Positions 8,376-17,214 are shown, numbered from the stretch's first letter. The stretch: DNA of 23,600 nucleotides from Tubiluchus corallicola (GCA_030141605.1 JAQGDQ010002431.1:19695-43294), one strand, 5' to 3'. Notes: generated by a model not told the origin, from the letters alone. Made by a program: numbers and translations.

Positions 8376-9355
8376 TATATTCTTTTAAAAAACTTTATGA
8401 CATTGTAAATAGAGGTATTGCAAAACAGAACATTCTGCACGAACCAAAGGAATTATACGAGCCTATTGAATACACTTTAAGTAATGGAGGCAAACGATTA
8501 CGTGCTGTTTTAGTACTGATGGGATACAACTTGTTTAAAAACAATGTAGAGACTGCCCTATTGCCTGCTATTGGAATAGAATTGTTCCATAATTTCACCT
8601 TACTGCACGATGATTTGATGGATAACTCACCTGTAAGAAGGGGTAAATCTACAGTTCACCAAAAATGGGATGCAAACAGGACTATACTCTCAGGTGATGC
8701 AATGCAAATACTGGCTTATCAATACATCGCTCAATGTGAAATAAGTAAGTTACAAGAGATTTTACAGATTTTCTCTAAGACCGCATTGGAAGTGTGTGAA
8801 GGACAAATGTATGATATGAATTTTGAGGGGAGAAAAGAAGAAGAAATGGTATCAGTGGAAGAATATTTGGAAATGATACGTTTAAAAACAGCTGTATTGT
8901 TGGCAGGGAGTCTGAAAATTGGAGCTGTGTTGGGAGAAGCTGATGCTAAAATGACTGATGAATTATATTGTTTAGGCCAAACTTTGGGTTTGGCTTTTCA
9001 GTTACAAGATGACTTCTTAGATGTATATGGCGATACAAAACACACGGGTAAAAAGATTGGAGGAGATATAATAGCAAATAAGAAAACATATCTACTGATT
9101 AAAACTTTTGAGGAAATAAAAGGAACAGACTTAAGCAACAAACTACATAAATTTTTGGCAAACAGCTCTGAAGAAGAAAAAGTAAAAGGAATAATAGATA
9201 TTTACGAAAAGGCAGGCGTAAAGGAGATGGCTCAGAAGTTAATTAACAAATATTTTAAAGAGACTGTAGTGGGAATAAATAGTCTGCAAATAGAAGAGAC
9301 AAGAAAGACAGAATTAAAGAATTTAATAGAACAACTACAAAACAGAAAAGGATAA
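8372..9355 (+). CDS. ispA: Polyprenyl (farnesyl/geranylgeranyl) diphosphate synthase
   Basis: GGKRLR, FARM LLHDDLMDNSPVRRG, GQMYDM, KTA and SARM FQLQDDFLD. ATGA overlap with the MMPL stop. Confidence 0.92.
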   Translation: MIYSFKKLYDIVNRGIAKQNILHEPKELYEPIEYTLSNGGKRLRAVLVLMGYNLFKNNVETALLPAIGIELFHNFTLLHDDLMDNSPVRRGKSTVHQKWDANRTILSGDAMQILAYQYIAQCEISKLQEILQIFSKTALEVCEGQMYDMNFEGRKEEEMVSVEEYLEMIRLKTAVLLAGSLKIGAVLGEADAKMTDELYCLGQTLGLAFQLQDDFLDVYGDTKHTGKKIGGDIIANKKTYLLIKTFEEIKGTDLSNKLHKFLANSSEEEKVKGIIDIYEKAGVKEMAQKLINKYFKETVVGINSLQIEETRKTELKNLIEQLQNRKG

Positions 9356-9365
9356 GAGTAGAAAA

Positions 9366-9394
9366 TTGTAGGGGATATAGGCGGTCCCCTACAA
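9366..9394. repeat. GTAG-type REP-like palindrome, possibly also a bidirectional terminator between convergent genes
   Basis: TTGTAGGGGA-TATAGGCGG-TCCCCTACAA, a perfect 10-bp stem. Confidence 0.65.
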
Positions 9395-9413
9395 ACATAA
9401 AAACAAAACGAAT

Positions 9414-10436
9414 TTATTGTTGTTTTAAACTCTCGTCAATATCGCCCGTTAATGTTTTTAGAAACGTTACTATTTGTAGTTTTTGCATTGATGACAAATC
9501 CTTATTCAATTCAGCCTTTGCAATAATATCTACAGCATCTGAAAGGTCAGCTACACTACCATCGTGAAAATATGGAGCAGTCTTTTCTACATTACGCAAA
9601 GAGGATGCTTTAAAAATATATTTATCTGCTTCAACACCCGTTTCTTTAAACCTACCTTCGTCTACCACTTTGCTACCTGTTAGCTCCCAATAATTACCGA
9701 ACAAACCAAACTTTTGATACATTGTTCCACCCAACATCCTACCCGAATGACAAGCAACACAGCCTACATTTATGAATGTCTGTAAACCTTCTTTCTCGGC
9801 ATCTGTCAGTGCAAAAGCATCTCCTTCTACATAATCATCAAATTTTGACCTTGTTACTAGCTTTCTTTCAAATGCACCAATAGCATTTTGAATGTTTTTG
9901 TAAGTAAGAGATTGTTTTTCCGCAGGGAAAGCAACCGCAAACATTTCTTGATATTCTTTTATCTTAGAAAGGCGTTCTACCAAAAATTCTTCATTTGGAA
10001 TAGCCATCTCATCTGGGTTTAGAATAGGCATACCTGCCTGTTCTTCTAAATCCTTTGCTCTACCATCCCAAAATTGTGCAAAATGGAAACCTGCATCAAA
10101 TACCGTGGGCGAGTTTCTATCTCCCAACTTCCCTCCTACTCCTTCTGAAAATTGTTTGTTATCTACTCCAAAATTATTTAGATCGTGGCAACTATTGCAA
10201 CTAACTGTATTATCCACAGACAACCTTACATCAAGATACAATTTCTTACCTAGTGCTACCTTTGCATCCGTTACTTCATTGCCTTCACCTCCAACTAGTT
10301 TAGGCTCTGCACCAAACAAAGCCTTAGCTTGTGTGTGAAGTTCTGGATACTTATCTTTTTTACTTTTCTTGCCACTTTGATTGCAACTACTCAAAACAAG
10401 GGCAAACACAAAACATAATTGTAATAATTTTTTCAT
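9414..10436 (-). CDS. ccp: Di-heme cytochrome c peroxidase (CCP/MauG family), lipoprotein
   Basis: Two CxxCH motifs (CNSCH, CVACH), RNSPTV, QFWDGRAKDLEEQA and LRNVEKTAPYFHDGS. Lipobox LSSC. Confidence 0.93.
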   Translation of the reverse strand: MKKLLQLCFVFALVLSSCNQSGKKSKKDKYPELHTQAKALFGAEPKLVGGEGNEVTDAKVALGKKLYLDVRLSVDNTVSCNSCHDLNNFGVDNKQFSEGVGGKLGDRNSPTVFDAGFHFAQFWDGRAKDLEEQAGMPILNPDEMAIPNEEFLVERLSKIKEYQEMFAVAFPAEKQSLTYKNIQNAIGAFERKLVTRSKFDDYVEGDAFALTDAEKEGLQTFINVGCVACHSGRMLGGTMYQKFGLFGNYWELTGSKVVDEGRFKETGVEADKYIFKASSLRNVEKTAPYFHDGSVADLSDAVDIIAKAELNKDLSSMQKLQIVTFLKTLTGDIDESLKQQ

Positions 10437-10529
10437 TTGAAATAAATATTTAAGATTATACTTTTGATAGCAAAGTAAATATTTTTTTACGTAAAAACAA
10501 TTCTACGAGTAAAATACATTATTTTTCGA

Positions 10530-10537
10530 TAACTTTG
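10530..10537 (+). promoter_or_regulatory. -7 element (TAACTTTG)
   Basis: TAnnTTTG match 54 bp upstream of the ATG at 10591. Confidence 0.45.
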
Positions 10538-10590
10538 TAAAGTTTTTTTCATACAAATACCGCATTACATAATACATTAAGTAAAAAAAT

Positions 10591-11022
10591 ATGAAAATAT
10601 CAATTAGTACATTACTGCTATTTATTATTGTTTACACAGCAACCCCGCAAGATATTTCTACTACAAAAAAAATTACCCAAATAAATACACAGATAAAAAA
10701 GGCCATAACCGAGCAAGAACAATGGATACAATACCCAATACAAGTAGCATTACGTTACATAGAAGAACCTACCAATTTATTTCAATTCGAAAGTGCACCT
10801 CATTTTAGCATAACATTACAACCTATCTCTCAAACAAAAACACGTGTAATTGTGGTGGATAAAGGTTGGTTAGACGATTCTGTAAATGGTAAAAAAACAA
10901 CTATCACATTAGAACAAGAAGACAACTACTGGCTGATAAAAAAAGCAAAAGAGCAATGGATATGCTACAGACATAAAGACGGAAAAATTCTTACAGATGA
11001 TTTAGATGATAAGTGTTTTTGA
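10591..11022 (+). CDS. Hypothetical exported protein
   Basis: 143 aa with a signal-peptide-like N-terminus, a GWLDDSVNG motif and two C-terminal Cys (WICYR...KCF). Confidence 0.7.
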   Translation: MKISISTLLLFIIVYTATPQDISTTKKITQINTQIKKAITEQEQWIQYPIQVALRYIEEPTNLFQFESAPHFSITLQPISQTKTRVIVVDKGWLDDSVNGKKTTITLEQEDNYWLIKKAKEQWICYRHKDGKILTDDLDDKCF

Positions 11023-11128
11023 CTTATTTAAATCGAAACTATTTTACCCTTCGCCTTATACAATTACAATAATTTTTACTAACTTCGTGAAGTTTTTTTA
11101 ATTAAACTCACTATTTTATGCTATTGAT

Positions 11129-11734
11129 ATGAAAAATAAAGAACTCATTACTATTGGTATTATAGTCCTTGCTGTTATTATTATATATAGTATTATTATA
11201 AAACCTAGAAAAGAAGACTTCAACTCTATGGTTATCCTTAGCGAACAAGTAGAAGGACAATGGGCAAATGTGGAGAATGTTTATCAACGTAGAGCTGACC
11301 TTATACCCAACCTTGTAAATACTGTGAAAGGCTACGCAGCACACGAGCAAGAAACATTCACTTCCGTAATAGAGGCACGAGCCATAGCCACCAGTACACA
11401 AATAGACCCTTCCAACCTTACTGCAGAAAACATACAGCAATTTCAAGCTGCACAAACAGGCTTATCATCTGCCTTATCACGCCTAATGGTAGTAGTAGAA
11501 CGTTACCCTGACCTTAAAGCCAATCAAAATTTCTCTGACCTACAAGCACAATTGGAAGGCACAGAGAATCGCATCGCAGTAGAACGTAAAAAATTTAACG
11601 ATGCTACAAAACAGTACAATGCCACCATCAAAACATTCCCCAAAAACATTATGGCAAATATGTTTGGTTTCACACCCAAAGCCTACTTCCAAGCCGAAAC
11701 AGGCAGCGAAAAAGCCCCTATAGTAGAATTCTAA
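11129..11734 (+). CDS. lemA: LemA family protein
   Basis: N-terminal TM, WANVENVYQRRADLIPNLV, and ERYPDLKANQNFSDLQAQLEGTENRIAVER. Confidence 0.96.
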   Translation: MKNKELITIGIIVLAVIIIYSIIIKPRKEDFNSMVILSEQVEGQWANVENVYQRRADLIPNLVNTVKGYAAHEQETFTSVIEARAIATSTQIDPSNLTAENIQQFQAAQTGLSSALSRLMVVVERYPDLKANQNFSDLQAQLEGTENRIAVERKKFNDATKQYNATIKTFPKNIMANMFGFTPKAYFQAETGSEKAPIVEF

Positions 11735-11748
11735 AAAATATATATAAT

Positions 11749-12183
11749 ATGGCGAGAGACTTTCTCACAAAAGCAGAAAAACAAAATGTGGTACAAGCCA
11801 TCAAAGAGGCTGAACTCAATACCTCTGGAGAAATACGTGTACATCTGGAAAGCCACTGCAAAACAGATACATTGGATAGAGCCACACAGGTATTCGAACA
11901 ATTGAAAATGCACAAAACAGAACTACGTAACGGAGTGCTGTTCTACCTTGCCACTATTGACCATAAATTTGCTGTAATAGGCGATGCAGGTATCAATGCT
12001 AAGGTATCCGATAAATTTTGGAAGAAGATACGCAATGTAGCATTAGAACATTTTGAGAAACACGAATTCGCCTCTGGATTGGTGGAAGGCATTAAACTTT
12101 GTGGACAACAACTAAAAAACTACTTCCCCTATCAAGAGGATGATATAAATGAACTACCAGACGACATATCCTTTGGAGACTAA
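11749..12183 (+). CDS. TPM domain-containing protein (short form)
   Basis: AIKEAELNTSGEIRVHLE, RNGVLFY and DINELPDDI, in the usual position after lemA. Confidence 0.9.
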   Translation: MARDFLTKAEKQNVVQAIKEAELNTSGEIRVHLESHCKTDTLDRATQVFEQLKMHKTELRNGVLFYLATIDHKFAVIGDAGINAKVSDKFWKKIRNVALEHFEKHEFASGLVEGIKLCGQQLKNYFPYQEDDINELPDDISFGD

Positions 12184-12201
12184 CATACAATAACAAACAC
12201 T

Positions 12202-12993
12202 ATGAAAAAACTACTTACTCTATTTGTACTCTTAATATCTACTCTTAACATCAATGCACAAGAAGATATTCCAGAACCTATGAAGCCATATCGCTTGGTC
12301 AATGACTTTACAGGCAGCACTCTTAGTCCACAAGAAAACAATGCTCTCAACCGAAAATTAGTTCATTACTACAATCAAACTTCCACACAAATAGCAGTAG
12401 TCATAGTAAAAAACCTTGCAGGCTACGATAAAGCTGACTATGCCTATCAAATAGGTGAAAAATGGGGCATAAGAGACAAAAAAAGAAATATCAACAACGG
12501 GATAGTCATACTAATAAAACCCAAATACGGAAACTCACGAGGCGAAGCCTTCATTGCTACTGGCTACGATATAGAAGGCTTAGTACCTGATGCCATAGCC
12601 AACCGAATCATAGAAACAGAAATGATACCACATTTTAAAAACAACAACTATTATGCAGGCATCCATACAGCTACAAACACACTTATAGCACTCACCGAAG
12701 GAGAATTCACTGCAGCACAATGGAACGACAAAAACCCCAAAAGAGCCTTACCTCCTTTTATCTTCATCTTTCTTATATTGATGATAATAGTTTCAATGTT
12801 TGGCAAGGCTAGAAACACCAGAAACCATAATGTAGGAAGTAGCAGCCTACCTTTTTGGCTAGCTCTCACTATGTTTGGCTCGGGTAGACGTGGAGGCGGT
12901 TATAGCAGTTTCAGTTCTGGAAGCGGAAGTTTTGGTGGGTTTGGAGGCGGTGGCGGTGGTTTTGGTGGAGGCGGCGCAGGAGGGAGTTGGTAA
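12202..12993 (+). CDS. TPM domain-containing membrane protein (YgcG-like) with Gly-rich tail
   Basis: Signal peptide, LVNDFTG, TSTQIAVV, GEKWGI, NNGIVILI, ATGYDIEG, a TM helix and a C-terminal FGGFGGG...GAGGSW. Confidence 0.92.
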   Translation: MKKLLTLFVLLISTLNINAQEDIPEPMKPYRLVNDFTGSTLSPQENNALNRKLVHYYNQTSTQIAVVIVKNLAGYDKADYAYQIGEKWGIRDKKRNINNGIVILIKPKYGNSRGEAFIATGYDIEGLVPDAIANRIIETEMIPHFKNNNYYAGIHTATNTLIALTEGEFTAAQWNDKNPKRALPPFIFIFLILMIIVSMFGKARNTRNHNVGSSSLPFWLALTMFGSGRRGGGYSSFSSGSGSFGGFGGGGGGFGGGGAGGSW

Positions 12994-13018
12994 AGAAACA
13001 AAACACACAATAAAAAAA

Positions 13019-13879
13019 GTGAAGAACTCTCTCAACAAAAAAACAACACTAAACTATAATGGTGAACTTATAGACCTCAGCTCTCCACTTGTAATGGGTA
13101 TTCTTAATATTACTGACAACTCATTTTACGATGGAGGCAAATACACTACTCAAGAAGCCATATTACAAAGAGTGAATACCATTGTAGAAGAAGGAGCTGA
13201 TATTATAGACATAGGTGCTTGTTCCACCCGCCCTAAATCAAAACCTGTATCAGAAGAAGAGGAAATTAACCAGCTATTACCAGCTATAGAAACCGTTAAA
13301 AAACATCACCCAAATGCCAAAATATCTGTAGATACCTATCGTTCCAACGTAGTGCAAACTGTATTCAACAACTTTGGAAGTTTTATCGTCAATGATATAT
13401 CAGGAGGAAACATAGACAAAAAAATGTTTGACACCGTTGCTAATCTACAACTTCCCTATATACTCACACATATACAAGGCACTCCCGAAAATATGCAAGA
13501 CAACCCTACATATCATAACATTGTCAAGGAAATTATACTTTATCTATCAAAAAAAATAGAAAAGCTCTACACACTTGGAGTAAAAGACATTATAATTGAT
13601 ATTGGTTTTGGTTTTGGCAAAACAATTGAACATAATTATAAGTTGATAAATAAATTAGAAAGTTTTCATATATTTGAACTTCCATTGCTTGTAGGGGTAT
13701 CAAGAAAATCAATGATATGGAAAACACTAAATACTATACCTAAGCAAGCCCTTACAGGTACCATAGTATTACATAGCATAGCACTACAAAAAGGAGCATC
13801 TATACTAAGAACACATGATGTAAAAGACACAGTGGAAACAATAAAAATAATGAATCAAGTTACTAAAACTACAACATGA
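13019..13879 (+). CDS. folP: Dihydropteroate synthase
   Basis: VMGILNITDNSFYDGG, DIGACSTRP, SVDTY, NDISGG, GFGFGKT, GVSRKS and LRTHDV. The start is uncertain: I chose the GTG at 13019 after an A-rich leader, because the listed 12875 start overlaps the Gly-rich tail of the TPM gene. Confidence 0.95.
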   Translation: MKNSLNKKTTLNYNGELIDLSSPLVMGILNITDNSFYDGGKYTTQEAILQRVNTIVEEGADIIDIGACSTRPKSKPVSEEEEINQLLPAIETVKKHHPNAKISVDTYRSNVVQTVFNNFGSFIVNDISGGNIDKKMFDTVANLQLPYILTHIQGTPENMQDNPTYHNIVKEIILYLSKKIEKLYTLGVKDIIIDIGFGFGKTIEHNYKLINKLESFHIFELPLLVGVSRKSMIWKTLNTIPKQALTGTIVLHSIALQKGASILRTHDVKDTVETIKIMNQVTKTTT

Positions 13880-14685
13880 TAAACTTATTTATCAACATAA
13901 GGTTTTTAGATATTTTAGATATTGCACTTGTAGCTCTTCTGCTTTTCCAAATATATAAACTGATAAAAGGTACTGTAGCACTTAATATTTTTGTAGGACT
14001 ACTCCTCTTATTCCTATTTTGGCTTACCGTGAAAGCTTCAGATATGAATATGCTGGGAGGTATATTAGACTCTTTTATAGGCGTAGGGGCTATTGCTCTT
14101 ATCATTGTGTTTCAACAAGAAGTTCGCAGGTTTTTATTAATAATAGGAACAAGGTATAAATTTAGTAGAAAATTTTCATTAGATTTTTTCTTAAAGGAAA
14201 CTTCTAATAATTTAACAACAAGCGACATAGATCAAATAGTAAGAGCTTGTGAGAATATGAAACGAAGTAAAACAGGGGCTTTGATTGTTGTTTCCACACA
14301 CTCCGAACTATCATATATAACACAAACAGGACAAGCACTCAATGCAGACATATCAAGTAGTCTTATAGAAAACATTTTCTTTAAAAATTCGCCACTACAC
14401 GATGGAGGAGTTGTGATAACCAAAAATAAAATCAAAGCAGCACAATGTATTCTGCCTATTTCAGATAGACAAAATATTCCTGTGCAACTTGGTTTGAGAC
14501 ATAGAGCAGGTATAGGTATTAGTCAAGAAACAGACGCTTTTGTGATTATCGTCTCTGAAGAAACAGGAAGAATGTCTTACATAAGAAATGGCAAGCTAAA
14601 ACAAGATATACAAGCCATACAATTAAGAACTATACTTATTAATTATATACAGCCCCAAGAAAAAAAGAGCCTCTTTCAAAAATAA
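13876..14685 (+). CDS. cdaA: Membrane-bound diadenylate cyclase CdaA/DacA
   Basis: Three N-terminal TMs, IVFQQEVRR, DAC motifs PLHDGG and GLRHRAG, and VSEETG. ATGA overlap with folP. Confidence 0.93.
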   Translation: MINLFINIRFLDILDIALVALLLFQIYKLIKGTVALNIFVGLLLLFLFWLTVKASDMNMLGGILDSFIGVGAIALIIVFQQEVRRFLLIIGTRYKFSRKFSLDFFLKETSNNLTTSDIDQIVRACENMKRSKTGALIVVSTHSELSYITQTGQALNADISSSLIENIFFKNSPLHDGGVVITKNKIKAAQCILPISDRQNIPVQLGLRHRAGIGISQETDAFVIIVSEETGRMSYIRNGKLKQDIQAIQLRTILINYIQPQEKKSLFQK

Positions 14686-14692
14686 AATAACA

Positions 14693-15796
14693 ATGAAAAT
14701 TATAAAACAAGAAATTGTAGGCATATTACAAGAAATAAAATACCCGGGACAAGAAAAAAACATCGTAGAGCTTAACATAGTTCAAAATGTAAAAGCAGAA
14801 AACAATACTATAGAATTTGACCTCGTTTTCTCAAAATCTGATGACCTTTTCAAAGAAGCTATAAAAAGAACTTGCCAACAACTGTTACAACAAAAGATAA
14901 AAGATGACATAAACATCAATATCAACACAAAAGACAGTGTGTCAACAGCCAAAAATATTACTACATTATTACCTCAGGTAAAAAATACCATAGCCATAGC
15001 TTCAGGTAAAGGAGGAGTGGGAAAATCAACCATTTCTACCAACCTTGCAATAGCATTGGCAAAAAAAGGCTATAAAATAGGATTACTTGATGCAGACATA
15101 TACGGTCCTTCTATTCCAAAAATGCTTGATACAGAGAATGAGGCTCCTACAATTCAAAAGATTGAAGGTAAAAACACCCTTATACCCATAGAAAAATACG
15201 GAGTAAAGATGCTCTCCATAGGCCATTTTGTAAAACCTCAAGACGCTACTATATGGCGAGGAGCAATGGCAACTAGAGCCTTACAACAAATGATCCAAGA
15301 CACCCACTGGGGTGAATTAGATTATCTATTCTTTGACTTACCTCCAGGGACAAGTGATATACACCTTACACTCGTCCAGATGCTACCTCTTACAGGAGCC
15401 ATCATCGTTAGTACACCTCAAAGTGTAGCTGTTGCTGATGCAACAAAAGGTATCAATATGTTTCAAAATAAAAATATTAAAGTCCCTATAATTGGGATAA
15501 TAGAAAATATGGCATATTTCACACCTGAAGAGCTGCCTAATAATAAATATTATATTTTTGGGAAAAACGGAGGTAAAAAATTGGCAGAAGAGAAAAACAT
15601 AAACCTACTTGGACAAATACCTATAATACAAAGCATACGAGAAGGAAGCGATAACGGAAAGCCCATTGCTTTAAAAAATATAGGACAATCTCAAATAGCA
15701 CTTGACCAAATGATAACCAACACCTTAGCCTCTATAAAGAATAGAAACAAAAAAATGCCTCCAACTAAAAAAGTAGAAATAACAAGAAGCAAATAA
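14693..15796 (+). CDS. apbC: Mrp/ApbC/NBP35 family Fe-S carrier ATPase
   Basis: ASGKGGVGKST, DADIYGPSIP, WGELDYL..DLPPGTSD, VSTPQ and IENM. Confidence 0.93.
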   Translation: MKIIKQEIVGILQEIKYPGQEKNIVELNIVQNVKAENNTIEFDLVFSKSDDLFKEAIKRTCQQLLQQKIKDDINININTKDSVSTAKNITTLLPQVKNTIAIASGKGGVGKSTISTNLAIALAKKGYKIGLLDADIYGPSIPKMLDTENEAPTIQKIEGKNTLIPIEKYGVKMLSIGHFVKPQDATIWRGAMATRALQQMIQDTHWGELDYLFFDLPPGTSDIHLTLVQMLPLTGAIIVSTPQSVAVADATKGINMFQNKNIKVPIIGIIENMAYFTPEELPNNKYYIFGKNGGKKLAEEKNINLLGQIPIIQSIREGSDNGKPIALKNIGQSQIALDQMITNTLASIKNRNKKMPPTKKVEITRSK

Positions 15797-15823
15797 CATA
15801 TTCGAATTCCTACATAACTCCAA

Positions 15824-17194
15824 ATGAAAAAAAACAAAATATTTATTGCTGATGAAGATAAAATGTCGGGGAAAGTTATAGAATATCATCTTTCTCTAAA
15901 CTCGGTTTACAATATAAGTATATTTGTCAATGCTAGAGAAATTATACAAAACCTAGATAAAAAGCCATTCGTTATCATCACAAGTTATAAACTACCAGAT
16001 CTCAATGGAGAAATATTGCTCAATAGAATAAAAAAAACATGTCCCAACACATATACTATTGTCATTACAGAACCCGACGAAACAATTACTCAGGCCCAGC
16101 TCATACAACAAGGAGCGTACACCTCTATAGAACGAAATGAAAATTTAAGAACTAATCTTTGGAATACTCTACAAAATTTAGAACTTGAAGAAATAACTAA
16201 TCCACCAATATCTCCTGCTAATAAAGATTCAACGCCTTTATACAAAACAGAAGAAGACATTATCCATAATTTTCAAAAAGAGATAAAAGGACAAAGTCAA
16301 GCCATCAAAAACATATTTCACTTGATGGGCAAAGCAGTGAAAAATAACATCACAGTATCTATTGTAGGTGAAACAGGGACAGGAAAGGAATTGGTAGCTA
16401 GAGCCATACATCAAAACTCTTTACGAGAAAACAATCCCTTCGTAGCCATTAACGTAACAGCTATACCAAGCGAACTTATAGAAAGCGAACTGTTCGGACA
16501 TGAAAAAGGCTCATTTACAGGAGCCAACGAAAGGCGAATAGGACAATTTGAAAAAGCCAACGGAGGTACCGTATTTCTGGATGAGATAGGAGAAATGACA
16601 CTGCCAATGCAGGCAAAACTTCTACGCGTATTACAAGAGCGAGAAATTACTAGAGTAGGAAACAACACGCCCATAAAAATAGATATTAGGCTGCTCGTAG
16701 CTACACATAAAAACCTATTAGAGGAAGTAAATAAAGGTAATTTTAGAGAGGACCTTTACTACCGTCTACTTGGACTGCCCATTAAAATGCCACCACTAAG
16801 AGAACGCAAAGGAGATATTTCCTACCTTTCTAAACATTTTGTAGAAGAATTTTGTAATGAAAACAATATGTCCAAAATCAAAATATCGCCACAAGCACAG
16901 AAAAAACTAAAAGAATATCCCTTCCCTGGAAATGTAAGAGAAATAAAAGCTGTTATGGATCTCGCTGCTGTATTGGCAGAACGAGGTACCATACATCCTA
17001 ATGATATACAATTGGGCCATACAAAAAATACAAACACCCTTTATGCAGAAAAAGAAATGACTATGAAAGAATATAAAATACAAATCATAGACCACTTTTT
17101 ACAAAAATATAACAAAGACATAAGCAAGGTAGCAAAAATACTAGATATAAGTAGAGCCACCATATACAGACTTATCAAAAAAGATGAAAAATAA
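15824..17194 (+). CDS. Sigma-54-dependent Fis-family transcriptional activator (degenerate REC, AAA+, HTH)
   Basis: Walker A GETGTGKE, ESELFGHEKGSFTGA, Walker B FLDEIGEM, FREDLYYRL, FPGNVRE and HTH VAKILDISRATIYR. Confidence 0.93.
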   Translation: MKKNKIFIADEDKMSGKVIEYHLSLNSVYNISIFVNAREIIQNLDKKPFVIITSYKLPDLNGEILLNRIKKTCPNTYTIVITEPDETITQAQLIQQGAYTSIERNENLRTNLWNTLQNLELEEITNPPISPANKDSTPLYKTEEDIIHNFQKEIKGQSQAIKNIFHLMGKAVKNNITVSIVGETGTGKELVARAIHQNSLRENNPFVAINVTAIPSELIESELFGHEKGSFTGANERRIGQFEKANGGTVFLDEIGEMTLPMQAKLLRVLQEREITRVGNNTPIKIDIRLLVATHKNLLEEVNKGNFREDLYYRLLGLPIKMPPLRERKGDISYLSKHFVEEFCNENNMSKIKISPQAQKKLKEYPFPGNVREIKAVMDLAAVLAERGTIHPNDIQLGHTKNTNTLYAEKEMTMKEYKIQIIDHFLQKYNKDISKVAKILDISRATIYRLIKKDEK

Positions 17195-17214
17195 AACCAT
17201 AAAAGATGCACCCA

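Noticed and set aside
10562-10587. XerCD dif site (minus strand TTTTTACTTAA-TGTA-TTATGTAATGC)
   Set aside because: The spacer is 4 bp rather than 6, and the XerD arm matches TTATGTTAAAT only partially. I found no canonical dif in the window by eye.
12885-12990. GC-rich GGTGGC/GGAGGC low-complexity segment as foreign DNA
   Set aside because: It is the normal Gly-rich C-terminus of YgcG-type TPM proteins.
12875-13018. 48-aa N-terminal extension of FolP
   Set aside because: Most of it is an off-frame reading of the Gly-rich tail of the upstream TPM gene. The GTG at 13019 is more plausible.
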